Source: Ectothiorhodospiraceae bacterium WFHF3C12
GTDB lineage: Bacteria > Pseudomonadota > Gammaproteobacteria > Nitrococcales > Nitrococcaceae
Direction: 5' to 3'
DNA length: 32,000 bases
Assembly (NCBI GenBank): GCA_013519935.1
Contig: JACDUA010000050.1
Span: 2,474 to 34,473 of the forward strand
The notes beneath the pieces are model-generated. The model was given only the letters and a program-made list of their open reading frames with translations. It did not search any database and was not told the DNA's origin. The position numbers and the translations under genes are program-made. Below are positions 15,729-24,457 of the stretch, piece after piece. The first letter of the stretch is position 1. Each line of letters opens with the position of its first letter.

Positions 15729-17636
15729 TTATGTCATGTAGGTGTGCGGGTTGGACAGCCGCAGGGTGGCGTCGGGAGCCGATCCCTCGTCTATGCGGAT
15801 ACTCGGTCGAACCGCGCGCCTGAGCGCCTCCTTGACCTTCGGGACGGGTGAGCGAGGCAGGCCGGCCAACCGCTTGATGCGCCACTCGGTGACGGACTCG
15901 CCGCGGCGGGCGAACTCGCGAGCGGCCCACGCGACCCGCCTCACCTGCGCCGCCTCAACCGACTCCGTGCACTCGGCAAGCGCAGCCCGTGTCTGAGGTA
16001 ACAAGTGGCGGTACTTCTCGTAGGTGGCGGTCGCGTCCACTGTCCGCAGTAGGGCGGTGCGAGATAGCCGGCGGGGTTTGAGTGGGCAAGCCAAGGCCTG
16101 CGTGGCGGCTTGCCGGATCTCGCTCGCAAGTTGCGAATCGCGTCCTGCCCAGTCGCACAGGCGGCGGCGAGGCCGGGGTCTGCGTGGGGGCTGGAACTGT
16201 GCTCTGAGCCATTCGTAGTCGTGCCTGTAGAACCAGGCATAGGAGGCGGAATGCATCGCCCGGTAGTCGGACAGGGAGCCATCCGCGCGGTGCCGTCGGA
16301 ACCGGGCGACGCGCCGATGCTCCTGGGCCCGGCGACGGGACAGCTGGTGGTTACGCCATAGGCTTTTGAGCTCCGGGTTTGCGGCGAGCGTCCGGTAGAC
16401 CGTCGATGTCGACACACCGGTCCTATCGACGGTTTCATCGACACTGCAACCACCCCGAAGCACACGAATGATCTCCTGCTCCTTTTCGTTACTGATGTGC
16501 TTGCGACGCCGGGGCGTCGCCACGCCCAGTGCCTCTGCGCGGAGACGCACGGTCGTGATGGAAAGCCCAAGCCGACGGGCAACCTCGGTCAGCGTGAGGC
16601 CCTGACTCCCGATGAGTTGGAGAAGTTCTGTGGCCGACTCGTCGTCTTCGTGCTGTTGATCCGACGCGAACGCTACCGGCGCTGCAGTGGTGCGAGGCGG
16701 CGCGTAGTCCAGGAATCGCCCCAGGTCGCCGAAGAGCCAGCTGATCAGCAACAGATGCTTGGCGGGATGCTTGCCGGTGCGATGGGGCCTGAGCAGGCCG
16801 GCCAGCCAGTCGCATTCGCCATGCGGGTCCAGGCGCAGCCCGTTGAAGAGCGGCGTTGCACGAAGCGCCGCGTACTCGGCGCAGAACGCCTCGTGGATCT
16901 CGCCCTGGCGAAGCCGGCCGCTGGGGGTGGTCAGCCCCAGCTCGGCGAGTCTCGCTCGGTAGGTGTCACGCCAGCCGTCGGCCACACTTGCGGGAAGCCG
17001 CGCGGTAAGAAGCTGGTGGCTCAGTTGGGCAAGAGCCACCAGAGACGCCGGAGGTGCATCAGCACGACCCGGCACTCGGCCACCCACACCCGCGTCTGGC
17101 AGGTACAGAGCGTGACGGGCATGCCGCCCGCCAACGTCAACGAGTGGCACCAGCCACTGGTCGGGGTGGCGATGGCAGGCGGCCACGCCCGGTAGTTGAT
17201 GGGAGACATGGGCGTAGCCAACGCCATAGGCCGCACGATCCTCGACCACGCACGCGGGGCAACACTGCGGCCGGGGCGGCGAGCGCACGCCGGCGCGAGT
17301 GAGCCCAAGGCCCATCCACAGCCGGTGCCCTTCAATCCCTTGCATGGCCTGACCCAGCTGCGCCGCCTGCGCCCGAGAGAGGCAGGGCCGGTAGTACGCG
17401 ATTGCCGTGTGATGCTCGCTGATCCACGCATCCTGCCTGGTGCGATCCCGAACACTGCTTCCGAGAGCGCCGAGCCGCGTGGGCAGCGGCGTTGCGAGTA
17501 TGGCGTGGCGATCCTGGACGCACCGCCGAAGCGTATCGGTCCCGCAGTGATCGCCCGAGAGGAGGTATCGCCGACTGATCCAGCTGTGCACAGTCTCATC
17601 CGGGAGGGGCTCGAGCTGGAAGGTGGGCGGGGGCAT
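15729..17636 (-). CDS. tniQ: TniQ/TnsD-like protein (Tn7-type target-selector family) with two C-terminal HTH units
   Basis: The N-terminus LEPLPDETVHSWISRRYLLSG and the later CCPACVVEDRAAYGVGYAHVSHQLPGVAACHRH fit the TniQ pattern (P.p.E.l.S...R..; CP.C......G..Y....W.l.....C..H). HTHs: LTLTEVARRLGLSITTVRLR and VDETVDRTGVSTSTVYRTL. Confidence 0.8.
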   Translation of the reverse strand: MPPPTFQLEPLPDETVHSWISRRYLLSGDHCGTDTLRRCVQDRHAILATPLPTRLGALGSSVRDRTRQDAWISEHHTAIAYYRPCLSRAQAAQLGQAMQGIEGHRLWMGLGLTRAGVRSPPRPQCCPACVVEDRAAYGVGYAHVSHQLPGVAACHRHPDQWLVPLVDVGGRHARHALYLPDAGVGGRVPGRADAPPASLVALAQLSHQLLTARLPASVADGWRDTYRARLAELGLTTPSGRLRQGEIHEAFCAEYAALRATPLFNGLRLDPHGECDWLAGLLRPHRTGKHPAKHLLLISWLFGDLGRFLDYAPPRTTAAPVAFASDQQHEDDESATELLQLIGSQGLTLTEVARRLGLSITTVRLRAEALGVATPRRRKHISNEKEQEIIRVLRGGCSVDETVDRTGVSTSTVYRTLAANPELKSLWRNHQLSRRRAQEHRRVARFRRHRADGSLSDYRAMHSASYAWFYRHDYEWLRAQFQPPRRPRPRRRLCDWAGRDSQLASEIRQAATQALACPLKPRRLSRTALLRTVDATATYEKYRHLLPQTRAALAECTESVEAAQVRRVAWAAREFARRGESVTEWRIKRLAGLPRSPVPKVKEALRRAVRPSIRIDEGSAPDATLRLSNPHTYMT

Positions 17637-18272
17637 GGGGTCACTCCGGTGACGTTGGGTTGGCTGGTCGGGGCTAGGGGCTCAGGGTGACGATCATCAT
17701 GAGCTCAGTAAGGCACATCCAGCACCGGGCGTCAATAGACAACTTATTGATTTAATTGTTTTTTTATTAATTCGGCACGCCCTGGACCACTAGAGAAAGA
17801 CAACACCGGAGACCGTTCAGCCGGCAGCGTCTTTCTCGTCAGGGCAATAGGGGGCTCGGTTCGTAGCGGCAGGCGGCGTAAACGATCCGGCCGCCACCGT
17901 TGTCGCCGTAGAACGAGATGAAATCTTCCTCACCGGGTAGGAGCGTCGTACTGGCGAAATCTTGCCGCGAGCATGTGATGTGGCTCTTGGGGGGGTTGCA
18001 CGCAGTAGTGGATATTGATCCGGGCACTGCAGCTGTTGATTACGACTGTGTCGTACTTCTGGTGTTGAACGGCCACGCAGTGCGTCGCACTGTCGCCAGC
18101 AACAGTGGGAGGCCTCGGCAGTGCGAAGAGGGCTAGGGTAGCAAGTATGCATGAGCATGGCGCCCGGCCTTCTCAACCGGTACCTCCTCATTGCCTATGC
18201 CGATCCTCGGTGGGGTTTTCCTCCGTTTCCACAGATAGACCCGCTATGGCCGGCAAGGGTCCAGAAAGCATT

Positions 18273-18374
18273 CACTTAGCGACCCGCTCGGAAATGTCGG
18301 GGGAACATTTCGCAAAAGATGCTCATGACTTAACCATCAAGGTCTCGAGTATCCGGAAACGCCGGGGCGGTTCA
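18273..18374 (-). repeat. solo IS3-type terminal segment (IRL plus leader), copy 1 of a ~102-bp direct repeat
   Basis: Reverse complement begins TGAACCGCCCCGGCGTTTCCGGATACTCGAGACC, an IS3-family-style TGAAC... terminus. It matches 22743-22843 with 12 mismatches and one 1-nt indel. Confidence 0.6.
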
Positions 18375-18664
18375 GCTCGATCTCTGGCGGATACCGCAAC
18401 ACAGGACGAGACACCACTCGCCAAAAGGCCGAACTCCTCATACGGCATACAGGAGAACTTGCGAAGGCTGGTCAGGGAGACTGAGTGAGCAGCGCAGTTC
18501 GGTAGAAGGTCGTCGGTCGACCTATAAAATCAAAGAGTTGCACTGCTGGTCGGTTGAACTAACCTTTCTCTATGTTGATTGGGTGTCGCACTGCGGCAGT
18601 GCCAGCGACTCTCGGGGCCTGGCCACTGTGGCGGGAAAGGGACACGCCGGAGGGGCGCCAAGTC

Positions 18665-20227
18665 ATGGAAAAGATTAGCCTTTTCGCCGTCACGATTGGA
18701 ATCCTCTGCCTGGCCACTTCGGCCCAGGCGACCGAAGCTACCCCATATCCGGCTCAACCGAACAGTGTCTCTGAGTGTCAGCCTGCGTTCCAGGCCAATA
18801 TAAGGCAGTCCCAGGCGCTCAATAGACGCATCAGGGCATGCATCTCCTTTGACACCATGGACTCTGAGAACTCTGTGCCCACGCCCGAGTGCGACAACAT
18901 GCGCAACTTCAGCCAGAAAAGTACTCCGCATCCGAAGTGTGCCGGCCTCTACCGCCAACAGTGCCGACTGAAGAATTTCAACGACGAAGAGTACGACGCC
19001 TGCCGGGCACGGGCCCAACGCGCGGAGGCAGCCCGTCAGGCTAAAGCTCGGGCGGCGAAGCGTGAACGCCAAGAGGCCGCCCGTCGTGCAGCTTCCCATA
19101 GGCGGGCAATTGAGCAGCGTGCCGCAATACAGAATGCCTACCGCGAACGTCTTCGATCGCGCCGTCGCGCGGCCAATGAGGCCCAAGCCAGAGCCCAGGC
19201 GAAGGCTGAGGCGGTTGCCCGTGAGTTTATCGCCTCACAGCTGCCCGAGTCCGCGCGCAAGCTGTGGTCGATGGGCGAGAAGGGCAAAGGTACCTATAAG
19301 AACGTCAGCGCGATGGTCGATGCCAGTAGCTGGGTCGCGGGCATCGAAGCGGTCGGCGGCGTCGGGCGAGACTTGAATAGCGCTGCGAATACCCACCCAA
19401 TATCGTCGACAAGTACGGATTTGGCGATCGATATGCTTGTACGGCTGCATGCCGCTGCGGCCGGCGATCTTGACGCGGCTATGGCCCAGATCGGCGCACA
19501 GGCGCCAGCTCAACGGCTTGCGGCGCGCTGGCGCCGTGTCGGCGCCGCTCACCAGCGTGACTTCACGTCGAAGGCCGCTCCAATAATCCCAGGTTATGCG
19601 GGCGGTGCCGGTTCGGATGAGGTGAGATCATTCGGCCTGCCCACCGAGCTTCACACCGCGTTGACAGAACTCGAGCGCTGGCAGGCGTCCACCGCACGCC
19701 AGCGCAAGGCAAGCTATACACAGCAGTACCAAGCTCTGGTGGATCAGGAGAAGCGCATTGCGGCGCAGCGCCAGCGCCAAGCCGAGGAGGCCCGGGCCGC
19801 GGCGGAGCGAAGAGCGGCTGAGCGACGTGAGGCTGAGCGGCGTCAGCGTGAGCGCGAGCAGGTGCGTCAGCTCGCGCGGCGTTGCGACGACCTCAAGTCA
19901 AGAACAATGGCGACTGCCTCTAAGGTTTCGCTGGACTCCGCGGAAGTTGCGTTGGATCACGTCCAGGAGCGGCGGTCCAGGCTCCGGCGGATGGGGTGCG
20001 CCCCCCACCATGTGCGCGATCTCGATCGGGTGGCAGCCCAGCTGCGTCGCTCCGTGAGAATGGAGCAGGAAGCCCGGGACCGGGAACTGCGCCAAACCAT
20101 CGAAGGCGGTATCGAGTTGCTGCGGCAATACCAACAGCTTCAAGGTGGGTCTTCGGGAGGGACCGGCGGCGGTTACGGCGGTGGCTGTGCGTCGGATGAG
20201 GCGGGTTGTCTGAATCCTCTGGACTAG
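18665..20227 (+). CDS. secreted Cys-rich N-terminal / long Arg-Ala-Glu coiled-coil protein with Gly-rich tail
   Basis: Internal ATG at 18665 with GGAGGGG upstream. Signal peptide MEKISLFAVTIGILCLATSAQA. Long AERRAAERREAERRQRE-type heptad-like stretches. The tail is GGSSGGTGGGYGGGC. Confidence 0.7.
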   Translation: MEKISLFAVTIGILCLATSAQATEATPYPAQPNSVSECQPAFQANIRQSQALNRRIRACISFDTMDSENSVPTPECDNMRNFSQKSTPHPKCAGLYRQQCRLKNFNDEEYDACRARAQRAEAARQAKARAAKRERQEAARRAASHRRAIEQRAAIQNAYRERLRSRRRAANEAQARAQAKAEAVAREFIASQLPESARKLWSMGEKGKGTYKNVSAMVDASSWVAGIEAVGGVGRDLNSAANTHPISSTSTDLAIDMLVRLHAAAAGDLDAAMAQIGAQAPAQRLAARWRRVGAAHQRDFTSKAAPIIPGYAGGAGSDEVRSFGLPTELHTALTELERWQASTARQRKASYTQQYQALVDQEKRIAAQRQRQAEEARAAAERRAAERREAERRQREREQVRQLARRCDDLKSRTMATASKVSLDSAEVALDHVQERRSRLRRMGCAPHHVRDLDRVAAQLRRSVRMEQEARDRELRQTIEGGIELLRQYQQLQGGSSGGTGGGYGGGCASDEAGCLNPLD

Positions 20228-20238
20228 GGGGCCGGATA

Positions 20239-22386
20239 ATGAGCGGTTTGCGTAAACCATGTGACTCCTGCGCCGCCGCGCTGGCGCTGTCTTTGATCCT
20301 CTTGGGTGCGTGCGATTTCCAGACGGAGGCGGCGAGTGCTCAGGCGGATGGAGACAGTAGGACTGCCCCAGCGGACGACTCGGCACCTCAAAATCCAGGA
20401 TCAGGATCCGATGTCGCGGAAGAGGTGCCTGAGGGCGCAAAGGGTGAAACGCGCGACTCCATCGCCGCCGCAATCCGCCAGGATGCCGTCGACCAATACC
20501 TTGCGAGCGCCAAGCGCGAGTCCGCGAGTCCCAATGATCAGTCACGGCACTTGGCGAAGGCTGCCAGCCATGGGGCCAAGCGCATCGTCAGCCACCTTCT
20601 GGAGGCAAAGGTTGACCCCAACGCAAGAAATGGCGAGCACGTTAGCGCGCTAGAGCTTGCGATGGCGCACGAAGCACCGGCGGTGATCAAAGCGCTTGTC
20701 GAATCTGGCGCAAGCTATCCGAAAGATGCGCCTCAGTCTTTGGCCGAGGCTGCGGGGGCCCTTGAGGATCGCGAACTCGGAAACTGGCTGTTGCGGTATG
20801 CGCGCCGTGGCCCGCATCCGGTGCTCGACGTGGCGGCACGAGGCGATGTCGACACCTTGGCTGGTCTTCTTGATCAGGAGCCACGGGCAGTCAACGCCAC
20901 CGACCCGCTAGGTATGACCGCGCTGGTCCGCGCCATACTCTCTGGGCAGCGTGAAACGGCTGAGCTGCTCCTAGCGCGCGGTGCCCACCCGAATCTGAGC
21001 GGGACCGACGGTGTCACCCCGTTGGCGGCGGCCGCCATCGCCGGCGCCGCCGAGACTGCCAGATCGCTTATCGACGCCGATGCCATCGTCGACTACGCAG
21101 GTCCTGGCGGGCGTCGACCCTTGATGGCCGCGCTTGCCGCCGCGCGGCCGAGTACGGCATGGGTGCTGTTGGATGCTGGCGCGAATCGGGGGCGCATGGC
21201 GGAGGATTCGGGTCACCCGGCTGATCTGGCTGAGGCGACGGGCCTTGGGGCGTTGGCCAAGCGGACTGGTCTCGCCCGAAGCGGGCCGAATCCGCGTGCC
21301 GAGCTTGTACAGGCAATCACCAAGGGGGACGAGGATCGTGTCCTGATGCTGATTAAGAGCAACTCAGTAATTGATGCCAATGACACGGATGATGCCGGCG
21401 TTCCCTATCTTCACCTCGCGGCGATGGCTGCCAAGCCAGCGGTGATGCGGGTTCTGCTCTCTCTAGGGGCGAAGCTTGAGGGCACAGGCCCCTCCGGAGC
21501 GAATGTGCTTGGCGTGCTGGCGGCTAACGAGGGCACCTGCAGGGCCTGCTACGAGGCAGTCTTTGATCATCAGATGGATGCGGACTTTGGTGACCGGGGT
21601 CGAGCTCGGGCTCGATTGTCGACGCTGATCAATAGCCGCGACAGGCGGGGTCGAACGGCATTTCTCAGTGCGATAATCGCTGACAAGCCCTATGAGGCGG
21701 AATGGATGATCCGCCATGCCGGTGGCGATGTGTCGAATGTTGCCGACGAGGATGGCCTCACACCAGTGGTTGCCGCCGCCATTCGCGAACACGACAAGGT
21801 AGTAGATCACTATCTGAGATGGGCGACGGCCGAGTCCTTCGGCGAAGGTGAATTCAGTATCTATGATTATGCGAGGAGTGAGGCGAACTATAGGCTCCTC
21901 GCTCGCCTTCCCTATGATCGAGACATTGAGGGTATGCGTAAGGGGTCAACGAAAACAGCGATCAAGCGCTTCCAGCGTCGCGTTAAAGAATGGGGCTACT
22001 ACCACAGCGTCATCGATGGTGTTATTGGCAAAGGCCATCGTTCGGCTATGTTTGCGCTGCTCGATGACCAGCACGATGAGGTGATCGCCCTCGCTAAGGC
22101 CTCTGAGGACCTCTCTCCCTATGAGAAACAGTGGGGCGTGAGCGAGAGCGAGAGCGGCACACTGTACTACCAGTCTTCATCGGATGGAGAAATGCGCTGG
22201 GTCGTAATTGAGTGGCCCGGGGGAGACTCATTCGTTGGTCACGTACAGAACATGACTGGTGGGCACCATGTCATGTCCAAGGGCTTCGGTGTCGTCACCC
22301 GCTCTGAGGAGCGCACAAAAGAACTGGTACTACTTGACGATACGGCATGGGATGGCCTCCAATTGATCGCGGCCGTACCTTACTAA
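20239..22386 (+). CDS. ankyrin-repeat lipoprotein with C-terminal peptidoglycan-binding (PG_binding_1-like) domain
   Basis: ATG at 20239, 11 nt after the upstream stop. Lipobox LILLGAC. Several ANK units (G.T.L..A......A.LLL..GA.PN). IKRFQRRVKEWGYYHSVIDGVIGKGHRSAM fits the PG-binding motif. Confidence 0.8.
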   Translation: MSGLRKPCDSCAAALALSLILLGACDFQTEAASAQADGDSRTAPADDSAPQNPGSGSDVAEEVPEGAKGETRDSIAAAIRQDAVDQYLASAKRESASPNDQSRHLAKAASHGAKRIVSHLLEAKVDPNARNGEHVSALELAMAHEAPAVIKALVESGASYPKDAPQSLAEAAGALEDRELGNWLLRYARRGPHPVLDVAARGDVDTLAGLLDQEPRAVNATDPLGMTALVRAILSGQRETAELLLARGAHPNLSGTDGVTPLAAAAIAGAAETARSLIDADAIVDYAGPGGRRPLMAALAAARPSTAWVLLDAGANRGRMAEDSGHPADLAEATGLGALAKRTGLARSGPNPRAELVQAITKGDEDRVLMLIKSNSVIDANDTDDAGVPYLHLAAMAAKPAVMRVLLSLGAKLEGTGPSGANVLGVLAANEGTCRACYEAVFDHQMDADFGDRGRARARLSTLINSRDRRGRTAFLSAIIADKPYEAEWMIRHAGGDVSNVADEDGLTPVVAAAIREHDKVVDHYLRWATAESFGEGEFSIYDYARSEANYRLLARLPYDRDIEGMRKGSTKTAIKRFQRRVKEWGYYHSVIDGVIGKGHRSAMFALLDDQHDEVIALAKASEDLSPYEKQWGVSESESGTLYYQSSSDGEMRWVVIEWPGGDSFVGHVQNMTGGHHVMSKGFGVVTRSEERTKELVLLDDTAWDGLQLIAAVPY

Positions 22387-22446
22387 AAAACGGTAAAATC
22401 GCCTGTGCAAGCGCGAATGATTCAGCGCTTCATTGGGGGTGAACCG

Positions 22447-22843
22447 CTACAGTTTCTCCTGAGACCGTTTGTTATGAGGCTGTTCATCTGAGGCGACCCA
22501 ATGCATTATTCGTGGCACCTGGTCTCCGCCTTTGGCTAAGGGCCGCGGCGACGGATTCTCCGTCTCGTAGAGCCCGCGTATGTCCGCTAAGTCTCGAAGC
22601 CATCTACGCCACTGAGTAGCCACGCTCGGTGATCCATCTCAGCGTTTCGCGCTGGAATGCTTCCGTATATAGCTTGCTCGTTATACCCCCCGCAGTTCCA
22701 GAACACCTTGCTGGTGTCTATGGGATTCGGGGCGTGCCAATCCACTTAGCGACCCACTCGGAAATGTCAGGGGAACACTTCGTCAAGATACTCATAACCT
22801 GACCCTCAAGGTCTCGAGAATCCGGGAACGCCGGGGCGGTTCA
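22447..22843 (-). mobile_element. IS3-family left end (copy 2 of the 102-bp repeat) plus decayed orfA
   Basis: The terminus reverse-complements to TGAACCGCCCCGGCGTTCCCGGATTCTCGAGACC. Downstream, the minus strand reads ..SKLYTEAFQRETLRWITERGYSVA*, a frameshift, then LRDLADIRGLYE...EQPHNKRSQEKL*. This is an IS3 OrfA HTH plus a zipper remnant. Confidence 0.6.
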
Positions 22844-22845
22844 GA

Positions 22846-23652
22846 TCAACGTATGCCCACGGTCAGCCCAACCCACCCGCGTTTGGGACCTGATCGAACG
22901 TCGTGACCACTGACGTGTCCGCCAACTACTACTGTTCTGTCTGATACCTGATAGACGTTGTAGTCGACGCCAAGGCGCGCTTCAGTTGCACGTAGCCGAA
23001 GGGAATCACGGCCGTAGTCATCGGCGAACACCTGGACGCTCAAATTGACTACAGTGCTTTGTTGGAGAACTGGGGGCGTGTCGAGTCGTGCCCCGAGCGA
23101 AGCGTGAGTTGCGTCAAATCGGCCCAGATCCCTCAAGACGTGCCCAAAGAGCGTGGGAAGTCGCTCGGGTGGAAACGGTATGGGTACGCCGCCGAATCCC
23201 ACCCCAACCTCTGTGCCTGCTTTGTCCGGGGCGTTGTCATGAATGCGGTAGCCGGTGGCCAGTAATTCAGCATAGGCACCCTCCGAACCCAACTGTCGCG
23301 AGACGGCGAGTGTCACTTCACCGCGACTTCCGGAAGGCGCGCCATCTTGCTTGTCTAGGACACCCACGCCGCCCGCACGTACTGCGACGCCCCATGGCAT
23401 TTTTTTGCGATCCACAGTAACCGGATAACCGTAAATCCCTACCTCCGAATCAAGCTGTGTTCCAGGTGATCCCAGAAGAAACCCTCGCCAGACGGCTCTT
23501 GATTCGAGAGAGAGCGACAGCTCATTGAGTGTCGGACCCCAGTGGCTTATTGATGGCGGCTCAAACGGATCTGACGCTGTCGCCCATGGCCCGAAGGCAA
23601 TCCCGGTCGCGAATACGGTCTTGGCTAGGACTGAACGAGAAACCTTACGCAT
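22846..23652 (-). CDS. signal-peptide-bearing beta-rich protein (possible outer-membrane barrel)
   Basis: MRKVSRSVLAKTVFATGIAFGPWATA is a signal peptide. Alternating hydrophobic Gly/aromatic-rich strands follow. The start overlaps the SGNH gene stop (ATGCGTAA). Confidence 0.7.
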   Translation of the reverse strand: MRKVSRSVLAKTVFATGIAFGPWATASDPFEPPSISHWGPTLNELSLSLESRAVWRGFLLGSPGTQLDSEVGIYGYPVTVDRKKMPWGVAVRAGGVGVLDKQDGAPSGSRGEVTLAVSRQLGSEGAYAELLATGYRIHDNAPDKAGTEVGVGFGGVPIPFPPERLPTLFGHVLRDLGRFDATHASLGARLDTPPVLQQSTVVNLSVQVFADDYGRDSLRLRATEARLGVDYNVYQVSDRTVVVGGHVSGHDVRSGPKRGWVGLTVGIR

Positions 23653-24457
23653 CTTGAAACTCCCGTTCGCGGCGCTGCGTTTCCATCTTTGGAAGCTTAG
23701 CCTTCATTTGTGCGATGAACTCGTAAGCGACCTTGCGAAAGCCCTGGTTATTCGGATGAATCTCGTTTGCCCAGTCGGAATCCACGTTCAGTGTTCCCCG
23801 AAGGTCGACGTGTACGAAATCTAATGGGTAGTCGACCTGGATCTGTTGGAGTATTTCATTCATTCGATCCACTAGGACTGTCGCAATTGAACGTTGGGCT
23901 GCGTCCTCTACGATTCCCTTGTCCAGCATTGCCGGATGCATCCAAGGTCCTACAGGTAGCCGGACGCCGATGAACTTGACGGGTCGCGCCGAAGGCTGGA
24001 AGTAGTCGTAGCCGTGGGCAAGAACTGGGGCCATAGGACCGATTCGATCCAGCATGCGACGGTAGTGCCTGTCCAGTTCCTGGGTCATCTTGTCGACTTC
24101 GGCTTCCCGCAGGTGTGCAGATGGGTCATTGAACTGCCCTTTGCGGAATAGTCGACCAGCTTTCGCTAGCAGGTCGTTGCCACCGCCACTGAATAGGACG
24201 CATATTGGTTGCTCTTCCGCCACGATGTCGGCGAGAGCGTTCAGGTCTCGCTTAGTGCCGATCATGTCTGCGACGGTGGCGCCAGAGCTTTCAAGCCTCA
24301 GATGCGCGAAGTACCCCTCGTCATCGATTCGATCAATCAGATTCAGATACATTGGATAGTCGAACCAAGAGTCACCTTCACTCACCACAACGCGATAGCC
24401 CGCCCGCTTACGCCGCCTGAATCGAGACATTCGTTCCGCTGGGTTCGCCCGGCTCAT
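23645..24457 (-). CDS. SGNH/GDSL-family hydrolase
   Basis: Block I VVVSEGDSWFDY, block III LFSGGGNDL, block V WANEIHPN. I prefer the ATG at 24457 (GGGAGG 5 nt upstream) over the GTG at 24463. No signal peptide is seen. Confidence 0.8.
   Translation of the reverse strand: MSRANPAERMSRFRRRKRAGYRVVVSEGDSWFDYPMYLNLIDRIDDEGYFAHLRLESSGATVADMIGTKRDLNALADIVAEEQPICVLFSGGGNDLLAKAGRLFRKGQFNDPSAHLREAEVDKMTQELDRHYRRMLDRIGPMAPVLAHGYDYFQPSARPVKFIGVRLPVGPWMHPAMLDKGIVEDAAQRSIATVLVDRMNEILQQIQVDYPLDFVHVDLRGTLNVDSDWANEIHPNNQGFRKVAYEFIAQMKAKLPKMETQRREREFQDA

Noticed and set aside
15060-17644. Multiple 200+ aa ORFs in alternative frames or strands across the phosphatase and tniQ genes (15060-15716, 15941-16582, 16497-17195, 17021-17644).
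   Set aside because: They are Arg/Pro-rich shadows. The phosphatase and TniQ frames carry complete diagnostic motifs.
17817-18191. 124-aa minus-strand ORF. Alternatively, a frameshifted small Cys-rich secreted protein (..ILATLALFALP.., ..CVAVQHQKYDTVVINSC.., ..FISFYGDNGGGRIVYAACRYEP..) interrupted near a G7/C7 run at 17989-17995.
   Set aside because: The listed ORF has implausible composition. The reconstructed protein needs two frameshifts and has no in-frame start. It is interesting only as a possible pseudogene or phase-variable locus, and I cannot support it.
18296-18336. Tn3-family-like terminal repeat (GGGGAACATTTCGCAAAAGATGCTCATGACTTAAC), also present at 22767-22806.
   Set aside because: The two copies are direct, not inverted. 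Homology extends well beyond 38 bp on both sides. The outer end reads ...CCGGGGCGGTTCA like an IS3 inverted repeat, and copy 2 adjoins an IS3 orfA remnant.
19898-20545. 215-aa minus-strand ORF spanning the junction of the coiled-coil and ankyrin genes.
   Set aside because: It is an antisense shadow with biased composition and no start context.
22409-22430. Hairpin AAGCGC-N10-GCGCTT after the ankyrin gene, considered as a rho-independent terminator.
   Set aside because: The stem is only 6 bp, the loop is long, and no U-tract follows.
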